Origin: Candidatus Latescibacterota bacterium
GTDB taxonomy: Bacteria > Latescibacterota > UBA2968 > UBA8231
NCBI GenBank assembly: GCA_022820485.1
Contig: JAJEFJ010000099.1
Location: forward strand, 34,942-98,941
Reading direction: 5' to 3'
Length of the DNA stretch: 64,000 bases
Shown here in pieces: positions 20,165-28,688 of the stretch (position 1 is the first letter of the stretch; each line of letters opens with the position of its first letter). The position numbers and the translations under genes were made by a program. Under the pieces are notes generated by a model. It saw only the letters and a program-made list of their open reading frames with translations. It was not told where the DNA came from and made no database searches.

Positions 20165-20964
20165 TGAGCGCGGGTAAGCTATCGAATAAAACGATAGCCG
20201 GGGGTGCGATGATCGCGGGGGTCATCGTCGTCTTGCTTGTTTTTGTGTTGTTAAAGCCCCCCTCGGTCGAGCGCGATCCAAAGACCCTTTGCCGGTCGGA
20301 AGGGCCCTCGGCGATTACGGCGATTCTGCTCGATCGCACGGATTCGTTCATGCCCACCACCAAATCCGATCTGGAGACCCGGATCTGGAACCTGCTCGAT
20401 GAGATCGAGGAAAATCACGAGATCAGTCTTTTTGCGGTGGACCCTGAGCATGGTGGGAGCCTCGATCCGATCATCAAGGTCTGTAGCCCCGGCGACCCTA
20501 AAAACGTCGATCACCTCACGCAATCCGAAGCAATCATTCGGCGCAACTGGCAGCAGAAATTTCGCACGCCTTTAGAAGAGGAGCTCGGCAAGCTGCTCAC
20601 CAATAAAGAGGCGAAATCGTCGCCGATCATGGAGTCGGTGCAGTCGGTTGCCATAAAGCATTTCCAGAGCACCAAGCGGCGCGATGTGCCGCGGCGTCTC
20701 ATCGTCGTTTCAGATCTGCTGCAGAACAGCGACGCGATTTCGTTCTACAAGGATGAGCCGGATTTCCAGCGCTTCCACGGCAGTCCCCAAGCCCGAGGGC
20801 TAAACCCAGATCTGCGGGGCGTCGAGATCGAGCTATGGCTCATTCAGCGGAAGCAACGGCAGCAGGGAGACGGAGAAGCCGTGTTGCAATTTTTCCGCTC
20901 TTGGCTGGCGGAACACGGAGGCCGAGTTCGCGCGTCCGTGCGAACTTCGGGCATAAATAATTGA
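20164..20964 (+). CDS. Membrane-anchored vWA-like protein (variant MIDAS D-x-T-x-S)
   Basis: 266 aa with a TAATG overlap to the upstream gene. TM helix IAGGAMIAGVIVVLLVFVLL, then AILLDRTDSF ... SSPIMESVQSV ... RRLIVVSDLLQNSD, in the order expected for a von Willebrand A fold. Confidence 0.5.
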   Translation: MSAGKLSNKTIAGGAMIAGVIVVLLVFVLLKPPSVERDPKTLCRSEGPSAITAILLDRTDSFMPTTKSDLETRIWNLLDEIEENHEISLFAVDPEHGGSLDPIIKVCSPGDPKNVDHLTQSEAIIRRNWQQKFRTPLEEELGKLLTNKEAKSSPIMESVQSVAIKHFQSTKRRDVPRRLIVVSDLLQNSDAISFYKDEPDFQRFHGSPQARGLNPDLRGVEIELWLIQRKQRQQGDGEAVLQFFRSWLAEHGGRVRASVRTSGINN

Positions 20965-20974
20965 TATTAACCGC

Positions 20975-21190
20975 TCAATCGTCCAAGCCAAGTGCTTTTC
21001 TCACCTCGGAAGAGGAATGTACCTTTTCCTCTCCTTGGCGGACGCGTTCTAGCACGGCCATGGCGAGGTAGTAATCTTCGATGTCCTCAAGGCTGCGTTC
21101 AGTGAGCTTGCGCCGGTAAAAAGCCTTGCTACGCCCGGTCTCGGACACCAGCAGGTCGAGCCGTCGCTCGGTCTCGGGATCTAGTTGCAT
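20975..21190 (-). CDS. Ribbon-helix-helix (CopG/RelB-type) antitoxin, orphan
   Basis: MQLDPETERRLDLLVSETGRSKAFYRRKLTERSLEDIEDYYLAMAVLERV...EVRKALGL. ATG at 21190 (the track ORF starts at GTG 21235). There is no toxin ORF downstream. Confidence 0.65.
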   Translation of the reverse strand: MQLDPETERRLDLLVSETGRSKAFYRRKLTERSLEDIEDYYLAMAVLERVRQGEEKVHSSSEVRKALGLDD

Positions 21191-21285
21191 CGTGGTTGCC
21201 TCATCAGAGAGTCTTAACGCATGTTGGATGTCCACAAGTAAAAACTAAGCTGGACATCAAGCCTCGCATCTTCGTCAGTCTGCTT

Positions 21286-22485
21286 ATGGAATTCATATAT
21301 CAACCCGCTTCAGCCAATCGACTCGGAGATTACCTCAAAGCCAATCTCTCGGCCCCCAGGCCTTGGACACAATTCCGCGCTGCAGTCGCTTTCGCAAAGT
21401 GCTCCGGCACCAAGCATATTGCTCCCTCGTTGGGGGATTTCGCAAAGGAGAACCAAGTTGAAATCATCGTCGGAATCGACCACCGCGGAACCTCTTTTGA
21501 AGGACTCAGCGATCTCATAGAGGCAGTTGCTCCTCACGGTCGGGTAATAGTTTTTCACAATCGGTTGCCATATACCTTCCATCCGAAAATCTATCTTTTC
21601 AAATCCGATACTGCTGCCGAAGTCATACTCGGTTCGGGCAATCTGACAGAAGGTGGCCTGTTTACCAACTATGAAGCCGCGCTCCGATTGTCGTTTGATC
21701 TCACAGATTCGATCGAAGCTGCTAGGCTCCGATCTATTGAAGACGTCCTTGATGCTTGGGCCAATCCCGCACTAGGTACTGCACAAATCCTTGATGAAAC
21801 CATTCTTAATCGGCTGCTAGATCTCGATCTTGTTCCTAAAGAGGCCCTTGCTGATCCCGAAATGAGGGACACGATGGCCCCCCAATCCACAGCGGCAGGG
21901 AACGTCGAGGATGAAGTCGAAACAGAACCTCTTTTCGCCGCTCGGCCCGAACCACGCGCCCCAACGACACCACGCGCCCCAACGACACCACGTTTCACCA
22001 AGGCAGAAGAGGTGGGCAAACCAAGAACGGGGACAAAGGGCTTCGTCATGACTCTCCACCGCACCGATGTCGGCGTCGGCCAGACCACTACTGGCACTTC
22101 TAGGCGTTCGCCGGAGATATTTATTCCGCTTTCAGCCCGAAATGCCAATCCCGATTTTTGGAAATGGCCCCATGCCTTTATTCCCGATCCAAGCAAGCAA
22201 GGTAAGAGTGATCGCTCTAATGTGCGTATGAGCCTTGACGGCCAGATCATCTCCGTCAACATGATGAATTGGCCCGACAAACACGACTTTCGCTTACGCA
22301 ATGAGGCATTGCGCAATGCTGGGAGCGTTGGAGACATCATGCTAATGGAAAAAGTCGATGATCTAGCATGCGACTTTGAGTACTACGTGGAGATAATATC
22401 CAAAGGTACTTCTCAATTTCCAGTATATCGTGCCCTTTGTACAGAGTCCGTGCCTAATTCAGAAAAACGCTATGGCTACTACTGA
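21286..22485 (+). CDS. BfiI/NgoFVII-like restriction endonuclease: N-terminal PLD (HKD) nuclease domain plus a C-terminal B3-like DNA-binding domain
   Basis: ATG at 21286 in track ORF 21196..22485. FHPKIYLFKSD...VILGSGNLTEGG is the HxK...GSxN motif. The C-terminal KGFVMTLHRTDVG...PEIFIPLSARNANPDFW...HDFRLRNEALRNAGSVGDIMLMEK fits a B3/EcoRII-N-type pseudobarrel. Confidence 0.7.
   Translation: MEFIYQPASANRLGDYLKANLSAPRPWTQFRAAVAFAKCSGTKHIAPSLGDFAKENQVEIIVGIDHRGTSFEGLSDLIEAVAPHGRVIVFHNRLPYTFHPKIYLFKSDTAAEVILGSGNLTEGGLFTNYEAALRLSFDLTDSIEAARLRSIEDVLDAWANPALGTAQILDETILNRLLDLDLVPKEALADPEMRDTMAPQSTAAGNVEDEVETEPLFAARPEPRAPTTPRAPTTPRFTKAEEVGKPRTGTKGFVMTLHRTDVGVGQTTTGTSRRSPEIFIPLSARNANPDFWKWPHAFIPDPSKQGKSDRSNVRMSLDGQIISVNMMNWPDKHDFRLRNEALRNAGSVGDIMLMEKVDDLACDFEYYVEIISKGTSQFPVYRALCTESVPNSEKRYGYY
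21952..21992. repeat. 18-bp tandem repeat (about 2.3 copies) in the interdomain linker of the PLD nuclease
   Basis: ccacgcgccccaacgaca occurs at 21952..21969 and 21970..21987, followed by a partial copy. It encodes PRAPTTPRAPTTPR. Confidence 0.9.
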
Positions 22486-24068
22486 GGCTTTTCAAGCGTC
22501 AAGATATGTTCTGACTTCATCGCGTTTTTCCGAAAAATGTCCCGCGATGCGAGCATGTCCATTGGCAGACTGCTCGTTACTTTGAACCCAAGTGTCTCCG
22601 CGATCGCCGCTAGATGATCGGCAGTGCAAATTTCAACCACCTCGCGACCAGCCGTAGTCCGGTTATTGCCAATTACTAAAAACATCACCCCACCTGGGCG
22701 CAGGAGACTCTCTGTCTGTTCGATTACAGAGTGCATATCAAAGAAGTACTTCGACAACAGAGCCGACATGTTGCGTCGCCGAAAGCCGACCGCTGTCGCT
22801 TTATTGAGTCGATCAATCCGTTCAATCAAAGCACGTGTAGCCGTAGGTAGAAGTAGCTTATTTTCTTCGTAGAAAGCCCAGTACTGCGTCCGACACCTTT
22901 CGGTTACCTCTCGGTTGCCTATCATCATCCCATCCCGTGCCCGATGATTAGCGCGACGTAGAAGCCCGAGATAAATCAGGCTCAACCGATCCGTATCAAT
23001 GTAGGGCAATGCCGTTGCATAAGGGGGCGAAGTGATCACCGCATCAACCTTGCCGATCAGTGTCGGTATGGCATCCACGGCCCGACGTGCATCGGCCTCT
23101 TGTACTGTATAAGTGCCTAATCTCTCTTGGCCTCGTTCTGCGAGGAAAGCAGCGACGATTTTAGTCGAGCGTAGGGCTTCATTGAGAAAGAGCGTTATCA
23201 CTTCGCCGGTTTTGAGTTCGACCACCTGCTTGCGTACCCGCAGATCGTCGTTTTTTTGCCAAGAGACGCTGCGCAGTATATTGCTCAAGCAAATCCGATA
23301 GAAGTCTTGTAGTTCCAGCGTTGGCAACCGCTGCACAGATCCTATTACTTGGTCGAGCTCCATCAGAGTGTGCGCCGCAAACCACCGCTCCAAATATGTT
23401 TGATCGTCCTTTGGCAGCGACGCAAAGTACTTTCTTGTAGTCTGATCTGATAGAGATGTACAAAGAACCTCTTGCAGCGTCCCGTATGCTTCCATTAATG
23501 ACTCTGCATTCAACGCTAATGCCTGGCACTTTATCTTGGCGATGAATACCGAAAGCGGATTCATGTCGAGCCCGTACGCTTCGCGTCCAGCAAGCCGCGT
23601 CTCGACCAGTGTGGTGCCGCTACCGCACATCGGATCGAGCACAATGCCGTTATCAGGCACTTGGGCGATATTTATGAGTGCCCGCACCAGTTGCGGAAAG
23701 AATTTACCTCGATACTCGTGTAGCCCGTGAGTAGCATAGCGCAAGCAGCGTTTTTTAGGCAGCTTGGCGGGAACGGAGGGTATCAGCCCGTTGAACATCC
23801 CCCCGTTGTGTGCGCTGACCCAGGTTGCCTCACGTCGGATTTGGATCGTCAGCCCGTCTGGCTCGGTGCCGACTTCCTGCCAGTACGCCAAGGCGTTGCG
23901 CAGGGTACCGAGATTGGCCGCATCGGGCACCGAGAATAGTGAGGCGTTCGCCTCATCGCCATCTACCGGTATGACATCACCTGGGGACAGGGCCCGCAAT
24001 TCCTGCAGCGCAAGCTGTCGCTCAAACGGCTGTATATATCCCTTAATTCTACACGTTAGGAAACCCAT
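22479..24068 (-). CDS. DNA methyltransferase, SPPY type (N4-cytosine or N6-adenine), copy 1
   Basis: 529 aa. YATHGLHEYRGKFFPQL, LDPMCGSGTTLVE (motif I) and VITSPPYATALPYID (motif IV). Confidence 0.8.
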   Translation of the reverse strand: MGFLTCRIKGYIQPFERQLALQELRALSPGDVIPVDGDEANASLFSVPDAANLGTLRNALAYWQEVGTEPDGLTIQIRREATWVSAHNGGMFNGLIPSVPAKLPKKRCLRYATHGLHEYRGKFFPQLVRALINIAQVPDNGIVLDPMCGSGTTLVETRLAGREAYGLDMNPLSVFIAKIKCQALALNAESLMEAYGTLQEVLCTSLSDQTTRKYFASLPKDDQTYLERWFAAHTLMELDQVIGSVQRLPTLELQDFYRICLSNILRSVSWQKNDDLRVRKQVVELKTGEVITLFLNEALRSTKIVAAFLAERGQERLGTYTVQEADARRAVDAIPTLIGKVDAVITSPPYATALPYIDTDRLSLIYLGLLRRANHRARDGMMIGNREVTERCRTQYWAFYEENKLLLPTATRALIERIDRLNKATAVGFRRRNMSALLSKYFFDMHSVIEQTESLLRPGGVMFLVIGNNRTTAGREVVEICTADHLAAIAETLGFKVTSSLPMDMLASRDIFRKNAMKSEHILTLEKPQ

Positions 24069-24072
24069 TTCA

Positions 24073-25326
24073 TTATACTTTCTGCAGAATCAAGATATTT
24101 TCGGTATTGATCTTCCCAATTTTGGGATTAAAGGCCTTTCGGGTTGGCGCAATCGATCGTTGAATCCGCGCTATCTCTCGGAAGCCAACGGTAGCCCCCG
24201 CTTCCGCGATTAGCGATGCGTTGTCGATGCGTGCTCCGTTTAAGGTTGAATCCCCGATCACGAAGCAGGCGTGGCGATGGTCGCGCAACCTGTTGCGCAG
24301 CCACTGGAAAATCTGCTCAAACTCTGCACTAAAGGTCGCGGCTGTGGCCCGATTGCGACCTTTAGCACTGTATTTGCGATGGCTGCCTATCTCAATCCTC
24401 TTAAATTGTTCTGGCTCATATCCGAGCCAGAGTAAGCGAGTGCGGTGGTAGAGATGGTAACTATAGGCATTGGGATAGGGGGGCGAAGTGATCACTAGAT
24501 CAAATGGTTCGGTTTCGGGTGCCTCTAGGATATTCGCGTTCAACACGCGGCAAGAAGAACGGTCATCGAGCACTTTGGTAAGTTCGCGCACTGCCGAGAT
24601 GGCGGCATCGAGATGGGCCAGATAGCGCCGCACTGCACCTCCTAACTTGCTCTGCTTTTCGCGCCGGACATAGCGGGTATCCGAATCCTGTTTTGAGACT
24701 GCCACAATAATCGCAGAAAAAACCACCGCACATAAGGTATGGGCTGCCTTACTTGGGACTTGGTCAATCAGGCGGCGCAATTCGGCTAGTTCCTCTACAA
24801 CATGGGGTTTGAACCAGAACTGGCACATCTCTGGATCCGGCCTCCAGCCAGCGGATTGAAAGGGTTGTCCGGTATAGAATAGATCGCCACTGTTAAGCTC
24901 GGTCTCCACCAAAAGATGCTGGCAGTGGGCGCGATGCGCGGCCAATTCCTCGAATTCCGACTGTGCGAGTGGTGTGGTTTTGGCCTTGCTGATGAGGACG
25001 GCGAGGGGATTTGCGTCAATGCCGATCGCGTGATGTTTAAGCTGGAGTGCCTCCAAGAGCGTGGTCCCGCTGCCACAAAAAATATCTGCGACCGTTTCTC
25101 CGGACGACGATAGCTCCTCGATTAAGGCATTGGGTATTTGTGGAATAAATTTTGCCGGATAGGGGTGTAAGTTATGTGTTAGATAGTCTGTTTTGGCGGT
25201 TGCAAAGTCCCATTCAATGGCCTGTAAGCGAGTGCTGATGACTTCGTCGTTGTGCGCTATGGAACACACTGCTTCTCGTCCACTGTTTTTGGCGAAGGCG
25301 ACGATTTCAGCGTCATTTGGGCACAT
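24073..25326 (-). CDS. DNA methyltransferase, SPPY type (N4-cytosine or N6-adenine), copy 2
   Basis: 417 aa. THNLHPYPAKFIPQI, DIFCGSGTTLLEA (motif I) and VITSPPYPNAYSYHLY (motif IV). Separated by 4 nt from copy 1. Confidence 0.8.
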   Translation of the reverse strand: MCPNDAEIVAFAKNSGREAVCSIAHNDEVISTRLQAIEWDFATAKTDYLTHNLHPYPAKFIPQIPNALIEELSSSGETVADIFCGSGTTLLEALQLKHHAIGIDANPLAVLISKAKTTPLAQSEFEELAAHRAHCQHLLVETELNSGDLFYTGQPFQSAGWRPDPEMCQFWFKPHVVEELAELRRLIDQVPSKAAHTLCAVVFSAIIVAVSKQDSDTRYVRREKQSKLGGAVRRYLAHLDAAISAVRELTKVLDDRSSCRVLNANILEAPETEPFDLVITSPPYPNAYSYHLYHRTRLLWLGYEPEQFKRIEIGSHRKYSAKGRNRATAATFSAEFEQIFQWLRNRLRDHRHACFVIGDSTLNGARIDNASLIAEAGATVGFREIARIQRSIAPTRKAFNPKIGKINTENILILQKV

Positions 25327-25399
25327 AAAATTTCTCTGTTAATCTCCTTCTCCAACCTTTTTATCACCAAGGTACGAACTTCAGACTCTATATCTATAG

Positions 25400-26014
25400 T
25401 CAATTAGTCAATCCGTGATCTCTAGCGTAGCTAGAGAAATGACAAGTCTGCCATTCTCGAATTAACGGTAAGAGCGGGTGCTCCACCATTCCTGCCCGTT
25501 TCCAATCAGCATTTATCTCTCCCAAGGAACGTATAGTGTATCCTATCGTACCCACAGAAAGAACAGCTAAACAGCCGCCCGTGGATGGCAACTCATTAGG
25601 TCCCAGATTAGGCGACCCGTCGCCTTCGTAACAAAAACTGGAACCATTAGGTGCAGCCCTTATCCACCTCCAATCAATGTCATCCTGAACCTCTTTAGGC
25701 GATACGTAATATAAATTATTCAATGATTTCACTACATCCTCCGAGCAACGATTTATGGGTTGTATAAACCCTATAAGGTCTGACTCGTTCGGTATGTACT
25801 CAGGGGGACAGTCATCATCTCGACACAATGCCCATCCCCTCCTTGCCACCGCATCTATTATTCGCGCATGGTCGTCAGCCGTCATAGACTTACAACCCCT
25901 AGAGCGAACATACTTGATAAACTTGACAAGGTAGGGTTTCAACTTGATAGCCCCCGTAAGATAAGGACCAAAATCCTCCGGCAGGATTGATAAATGCCTC
26001 TGTGAAAACCACAT
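25400..26014 (-). CDS. Hypothetical protein, first gene of the methyltransferase strand
   Basis: ATG at 26014 preceded by AGGAGG (the track ORF extends to 26044). 204 aa with no motif I recognise. AT-rich codon usage. Confidence 0.5.
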   Translation of the reverse strand: MWFSQRHLSILPEDFGPYLTGAIKLKPYLVKFIKYVRSRGCKSMTADDHARIIDAVARRGWALCRDDDCPPEYIPNESDLIGFIQPINRCSEDVVKSLNNLYYVSPKEVQDDIDWRWIRAAPNGSSFCYEGDGSPNLGPNELPSTGGCLAVLSVGTIGYTIRSLGEINADWKRAGMVEHPLLPLIREWQTCHFSSYARDHGLTN

Positions 26015-26214
26015 GATAATCCTCCTACAAATTCTAAAACGCAAAAAATCCTTGAAAAGGCTTAAAATTTTAATGGAATATCAATCCCAAACCTGAGTCT
26101 AATGTCGAACAAAATGCGAGCGCTTTCCGAGCTTGCCTCCTTACCTACTCATTTGTTCAATATACTTGCCAGAGAGAACACAAGCAAGCGAAGTTATCGG
26201 TGACGAGTACCCGC

Positions 26215-27075
26215 TCAGCGTTCCAACCACCTCGGCAAGCGAATTTCAGCAGACTGCTGCCAGGCCGTCAGATAAAGCGAGGCCGTAAAGCGCACGGAGG
26301 TGCGGGCCAAATCTAAGGTCCGGGCGCGCACGCGAGCGTCGTTCTCGTCTTCCCAATGGCCCCACAGCGCGTACACCTCTTCAACCCGCCAGTTGCTTTT
26401 TTTGATCTGGCCAGTGATGGCCTTCATCAGCGAATCAAAGGCTGCAACGTCCTGCTCGGCCGCCAACTCCTCGGGCGCAAAGCCGAGCCGCTCCACCGCT
26501 GAATCCACCTGTTCGTGGATGCCCTTACCCATAACCGTGCCGTCCGCTTGCTTCTTGCCGTCGTAGTTCAGGGTCGCGTGCAGAGGTTGGCAGATGTCTT
26601 GGGCATAGTGGGCGAGAATGCCCGCATAGACGAGGCACTTCTGTTGGATCGCCTCGTTCTCCGGCCACTGGCGATGCTCGGCAAAGGCCACGGCTAGCCG
26701 CTCGGTCCACTCGGCGATGGCGTACGGGGCCATCCCAACCCGTGGCGGGTCCAATTGTAGCTCGAAGCACAAGGCGATAAAGTCAAAGCGCTTCGCCGGA
26801 ATTGCGCGTCCCTCAAGGTATTCTATATCGAAATAGTGCTCTCCGTGTTCGGCGTGGCTCAACAAGGGGGTGCGGCGATTCTTAAACAGGTCTGGGTCGA
26901 AGACTACGTGGCTGGGAATGTCGCCGCCTTGACGAAAGAAAGCCGGCATTTCTTCCGGCAGGGCCAGCACCGCCGCCTCGGTCAGAATCCCGTGTCCATC
27001 CCCCCACCAAGCCTGGGCTGGAACGGCCACTAAACTGGCGACGACTGTAAGCCATGTTGCGCGGATTGTTCTCAT
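26215..27075 (-). CDS. Secreted S1/P1-nuclease-family protein
   Basis: 286 aa. A signal peptide is followed by WWGDGHGILTEAAV (the W-G-x-x-G-H start of the mature enzyme) and AHYAQDICQPLHAT (the H..D..QPLH zinc-ligand block). Confidence 0.65.
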   Translation of the reverse strand: MRTIRATWLTVVASLVAVPAQAWWGDGHGILTEAAVLALPEEMPAFFRQGGDIPSHVVFDPDLFKNRRTPLLSHAEHGEHYFDIEYLEGRAIPAKRFDFIALCFELQLDPPRVGMAPYAIAEWTERLAVAFAEHRQWPENEAIQQKCLVYAGILAHYAQDICQPLHATLNYDGKKQADGTVMGKGIHEQVDSAVERLGFAPEELAAEQDVAAFDSLMKAITGQIKKSNWRVEEVYALWGHWEDENDARVRARTLDLARTSVRFTASLYLTAWQQSAEIRLPRWLER

Positions 27076-27144
27076 TAGGTTTGTGTCCTTTCTTTGTGCA
27101 AATTACATGCAAGTGTCCAGCAACTCTCAACCGCGAGGATCTCC

Positions 27145-27972
27145 ATGAAACTCTCGCTCTCGGTCCGCGTGGCCGAAAAATTCCACGCCAAGCGCGAAGC
27201 CAATATGACGCTCGAACAATTGGCCGCCCTCGCCACCGACCACGGGTATAGCGGGCTGTGTATGCGTGCCTCGCAAGTGGGCGTCCACAGCCCATCAGAG
27301 ACGGTTGCCGCGGCGCGCGACCTGCTCGACCGCTACTCGCTGGCCGCCTCCATGCTCACCGGCGACTTTCCCATCCCCGAAAACTCCGACCAAGGGCCAG
27401 ATGCCCTCCGCAATATAACGCCCTATCTAGATCTGGCCGAACAGCTCGGCGCTCCGCTGCTGCGCGTCTGTCTGAAAAAGGACGAAGATATCACTTGGGC
27501 GCGCCGGGCCGCGGACGAAGCTGCCGAGCGCGATATGCGCCTAGCGCACCAGTGCCACACTCGCAGTCTCTTCGAGGAAATTGACCGCTCGCTGCAAGTT
27601 TTGGCGAGCATTGGCCGCGCCAATTTCGGCCTGATCTACGAACCGGCCAACCTGGAGCTATGCGGCCAGCCTTATGGGCTGGATGCCATCCGCCGCTTCG
27701 CGCCACACCTATTCAATGTATATCTGCAAAATCACGTCTTGACCGCCGACGGTCCAGACTCGCTTGAGACGTGGTGTCGTGGCGAAGTGCGGTTCCGCCA
27801 GATTCCCTTGTGGGAGGACGGGGGGATTCGCTTCCCGCCGCTGATGGATGCACTGTGCGCGGTCGGCTACGAGGGCTATGTGACGGTCCATCAGGCCTCG
27901 GCCGATCTGGGCACTGAAGCTGCGGTCCGCGAAAGCGCCCGCTATCTCAAGCGGCTGTTGGCGACCAATTGA
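27145..27972 (+). CDS. Sugar phosphate isomerase/epimerase (xylose-isomerase-like TIM barrel)
   Basis: ATG at 27145 in track ORF 27094..27972. LRVCLKK...AHQCHTRSLFE...IYEPANLE...VYLQNH is the family pattern. Confidence 0.65.
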   Translation: MKLSLSVRVAEKFHAKREANMTLEQLAALATDHGYSGLCMRASQVGVHSPSETVAAARDLLDRYSLAASMLTGDFPIPENSDQGPDALRNITPYLDLAEQLGAPLLRVCLKKDEDITWARRAADEAAERDMRLAHQCHTRSLFEEIDRSLQVLASIGRANFGLIYEPANLELCGQPYGLDAIRRFAPHLFNVYLQNHVLTADGPDSLETWCRGEVRFRQIPLWEDGGIRFPPLMDALCAVGYEGYVTVHQASADLGTEAAVRESARYLKRLLATN

Positions 27973-28047
27973 CGACCGCTAGGCGTACCTTGATATTTAG
28001 ATGTTTGTTCGCAAACCCTTTCACAAGTAGGAAAAAGGAGAACTATC

Positions 28048-28683
28048 ATGGCTATCCGACTCGGCGACGAAGCCCCGGATTTCAGCGCGGAAACCACCGC
28101 GGGCCCGATCAATTTTCACGAATGGCTCGGCGATTCTTGGGGAGTGCTCTTTTCCCATCCCGCCGACTTCACCCCGGTCTGCACCACGGAGTTGGGTGCA
28201 GTGGCCAACATCGAAGCGGAGTTCAAAAAGCGCGGCGTCAAGATCATCGCCTTGAGCGTCAACTCGGTTGACGACCACGAGGGCTGGATCGCCGACATCA
28301 ACGAGACCCAAAGCGCCAATGTCGATTTCCCGCTGATCGCCGATCCCGACCGCCAAGTCGCCGATCTCTACGACATGATTCATCCCAACGCGCTCGACAA
28401 CATGACCGTGCGCTCAGTTTTCGTCATCGGCCCGGACAAAAAGGTCAAGCTGACGCTGACCTACCCGGCTTCGACCGGCCGCAATTTCGACGAAATTTTG
28501 CGCGTGATTGACTCGCTGCAACTGACGGCCAATTACTCAGTCGCTACCCCGGCCAACTGGGAAGACGGCGACGACTGCATCGTGGTCCCGGCCCTGTCGG
28601 ACGAGGAAGCTACCGAGAAATTCCCCCAGGGATTCACCGCGGTTAAGCCCTACCTGCGCGTTACACCGCAGCCCAATAAGTAA
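28048..28683 (+). CDS. 1-Cys peroxiredoxin (Prx6 type)
   Basis: 211 aa. LGDEAPDFSAETTAGPINFHEWLGDSWGVLFSHPADFTPVCTTELG contains the PVCTTE active site. Confidence 0.9.
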   Translation: MAIRLGDEAPDFSAETTAGPINFHEWLGDSWGVLFSHPADFTPVCTTELGAVANIEAEFKKRGVKIIALSVNSVDDHEGWIADINETQSANVDFPLIADPDRQVADLYDMIHPNALDNMTVRSVFVIGPDKKVKLTLTYPASTGRNFDEILRVIDSLQLTANYSVATPANWEDGDDCIVVPALSDEEATEKFPQGFTAVKPYLRVTPQPNK

Positions 28684-28688
28684 GCGAT

